This document shows positions 62,691-64,000 of a stretch of DNA of 64,000 nucleotides, in pieces. A model generated the notes under the pieces. It worked only from the letters and a program-made list of their open reading frames with translations, had not been told where the DNA came from and did not search any database. The translations under genes were made by a program, and so were the position numbers. How positions within the stretch are numbered: position 1 is the first letter of the stretch; each line of letters opens with the position of its first letter. Origin of the DNA: the human T2T-CHM13v2.0 reference genome, Homo sapiens. The stretch lies in the NCBI RefSeq assembly GCF_009914755.1, contig NC_060947.1; one strand, written 5' to 3'.

Positions 62691-63005
62691 ATGAAATCCT
62701 GTCAAAAAATGGAAGGAAAACCAGAAAATGAGAGTGAACCAAAGCATGAGGAAGAGCCAAAGCCTGAGGAAAAGCCAGAAGAGGAGGAGAAGCTAGAGGA
62801 GGAGGCCAAAGCAAAAGGAACTTTTAGAGAAAGGCTGATTCAATCTCTCCAGGAGTTTAAAGAAGATATACACAACAGGCATTTAAGCAATGAAGATATG
62901 TTTAGAGAAGTGGATGAAATAGATGAGATAAGGAGAGTCAGAAACAAACTTATAGTGATGCGTTGGAAGGTTAATCGAAACCATCCTTACCCCTATTTAA
63001 TGTAG
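62691..63005 (+). CDS. TCEAL9: Transcription elongation factor A-like 9 / WW domain-binding protein 5 (104 aa)
   Basis: ORF MKSCQKMEGKPENESEPKHEEEPKPEE...NRNHPYPYLM, similar to TCEAL7 (FRERLIQSLQEFKEDI vs FRQRLLQSLEEFKEDI). Acceptor at 62620. Confidence 0.95.
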   Translation: MKSCQKMEGKPENESEPKHEEEPKPEEKPEEEEKLEEEAKAKGTFRERLIQSLQEFKEDIHNRHLSNEDMFREVDEIDEIRRVRNKLIVMRWKVNRNHPYPYLM

Positions 63006-63191
63006 TTTACCTTGATTTTTATCTGATATTAACAATACCATATAGCTTGCTTTTTATTAGCATTTCCTGATATTCCTTTGTCCATATTTCTACTTATAAC
63101 CTGTTGCTATTAATGGTTTTAGATGTATCTCTTGTTATCTGCATCTCATTGTTTATTGTATTTTGAACCAATCTACAAGTCTCTGTCTTTT

Positions 63192-63197
63192 AATAAA
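63192..63197 (+). terminator. TCEAL9 proximal polyadenylation signal (distal AATAAA at 63446-63451)
   Basis: AATAAA motifs downstream of the stop codon. Confidence 0.6.
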
Positions 63198-63781
63198 AGA
63201 ACTTTACACATTTGTAAAAAAGAGGTTCTTGGTAAGATATAAAATGGAAAAAGGCTAAGTAATATGTGAATATCATATTTTTGAAAGGTAAAAAGTACAT
63301 TTGTATATTACATATATGGACATAACTTGTGAAGGATGAAAGAAAGTACAGCCTCTCGGTGGTGGGATTATGAATGATTTTTCTCCTTTTGCTTGTTTGT
63401 ATTTTCTATATTCCTAAAATTAACACACATTATTATTGCTAGAATAATAAAAGTTTTATAAAAAAGAAGCAACAAGCAGCACGTATTAGTTTATTTCTAA
63501 AAGTATTGGGGCATTTAATATTTGTTGACAGAATTTTAGAAGAAATGTGAACTTGAAAGTAACTCCAGACCACTTAGCTAGAATAATAAATTTTACATAT
63601 TTTCTCATCTTTAAAATAAAGAAAATAATCTCACAAGGATCTGGTGAGGGCCAAATAGAGTAATGACTGTGAGCTATGTTTGACAGAGTTTTGTTCCCAT
63701 CCCAACTCCGTAAGAGATTAATTTCAGCGATTTGGAAGGGTGGAGAAAGTAGTTCTTATCTGTGATTAAGAACAAACCCAA

Positions 63782-64000
63782 GGCCGGGCGCGGTGGGTCA
63801 CACCTCTAATCCCAACATTGGGAGGCCAAGGCGGGCAGATGACGAGGTCAGGAGATCAAGACCATCCTGGCTAACATGGTGAAAGCCCGTCTCTACTAAA
63901 AATACAAAAAATTAGCCGGGCATGGTGGCAGGCGCCTGTAGTCCCAGCTACTCGGGAGGCTGAGGCAGGAGAATGGTGTGAACCCAGGAGGCAGAGCTTG
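63782..64000 (+). mobile_element. AluY-like, cut by the window end
   Basis: ggccgggcgcggtgg... Confidence 0.95.

Overview
Mammalian, almost certainly human, DNA from the eutherian BEX/TCEAL cluster on Xq22; the locus is recognised from the encoded proteins. It holds three intact genes with 5' non-coding exons and one coding exon: BEX2 (minus, CDS 14565-14951), TCEAL7 (plus, CDS 36404-36706) and TCEAL9/WBP5 (plus, CDS 62691-63005). The rest is dense Alu, L1, LTR and DNA-transposon sequence, including an env-only ERV1 provirus at 2579-5358. The least obvious signals are: (1) a decayed, intron-containing BEX paralogue on the minus strand at about 52.0-54.1 kb, with a mosaic build (TCEAL-type promoter, BEX2-like intron and exon 2, BEX3/4/5-like coding remnant); (2) a canonical REST/NRSF RE1 site kept in both BEX2 and this pseudogene; (3) an orphan TCEAL-type promoter relic at about 45.5-45.76 kb, cut by an LTR fragment; (4) a 23-bp hairpin downstream of the pseudogene with a degenerate counterpart downstream of BEX2; (5) shared repeat junctions pointing to an ancient duplication of a BEX unit, possibly a divergent BEX-TCEAL pair. 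All alignments were done by eye, repeat subfamily names and reference protein sequences are from memory, and I could not check whether these items are already annotated.
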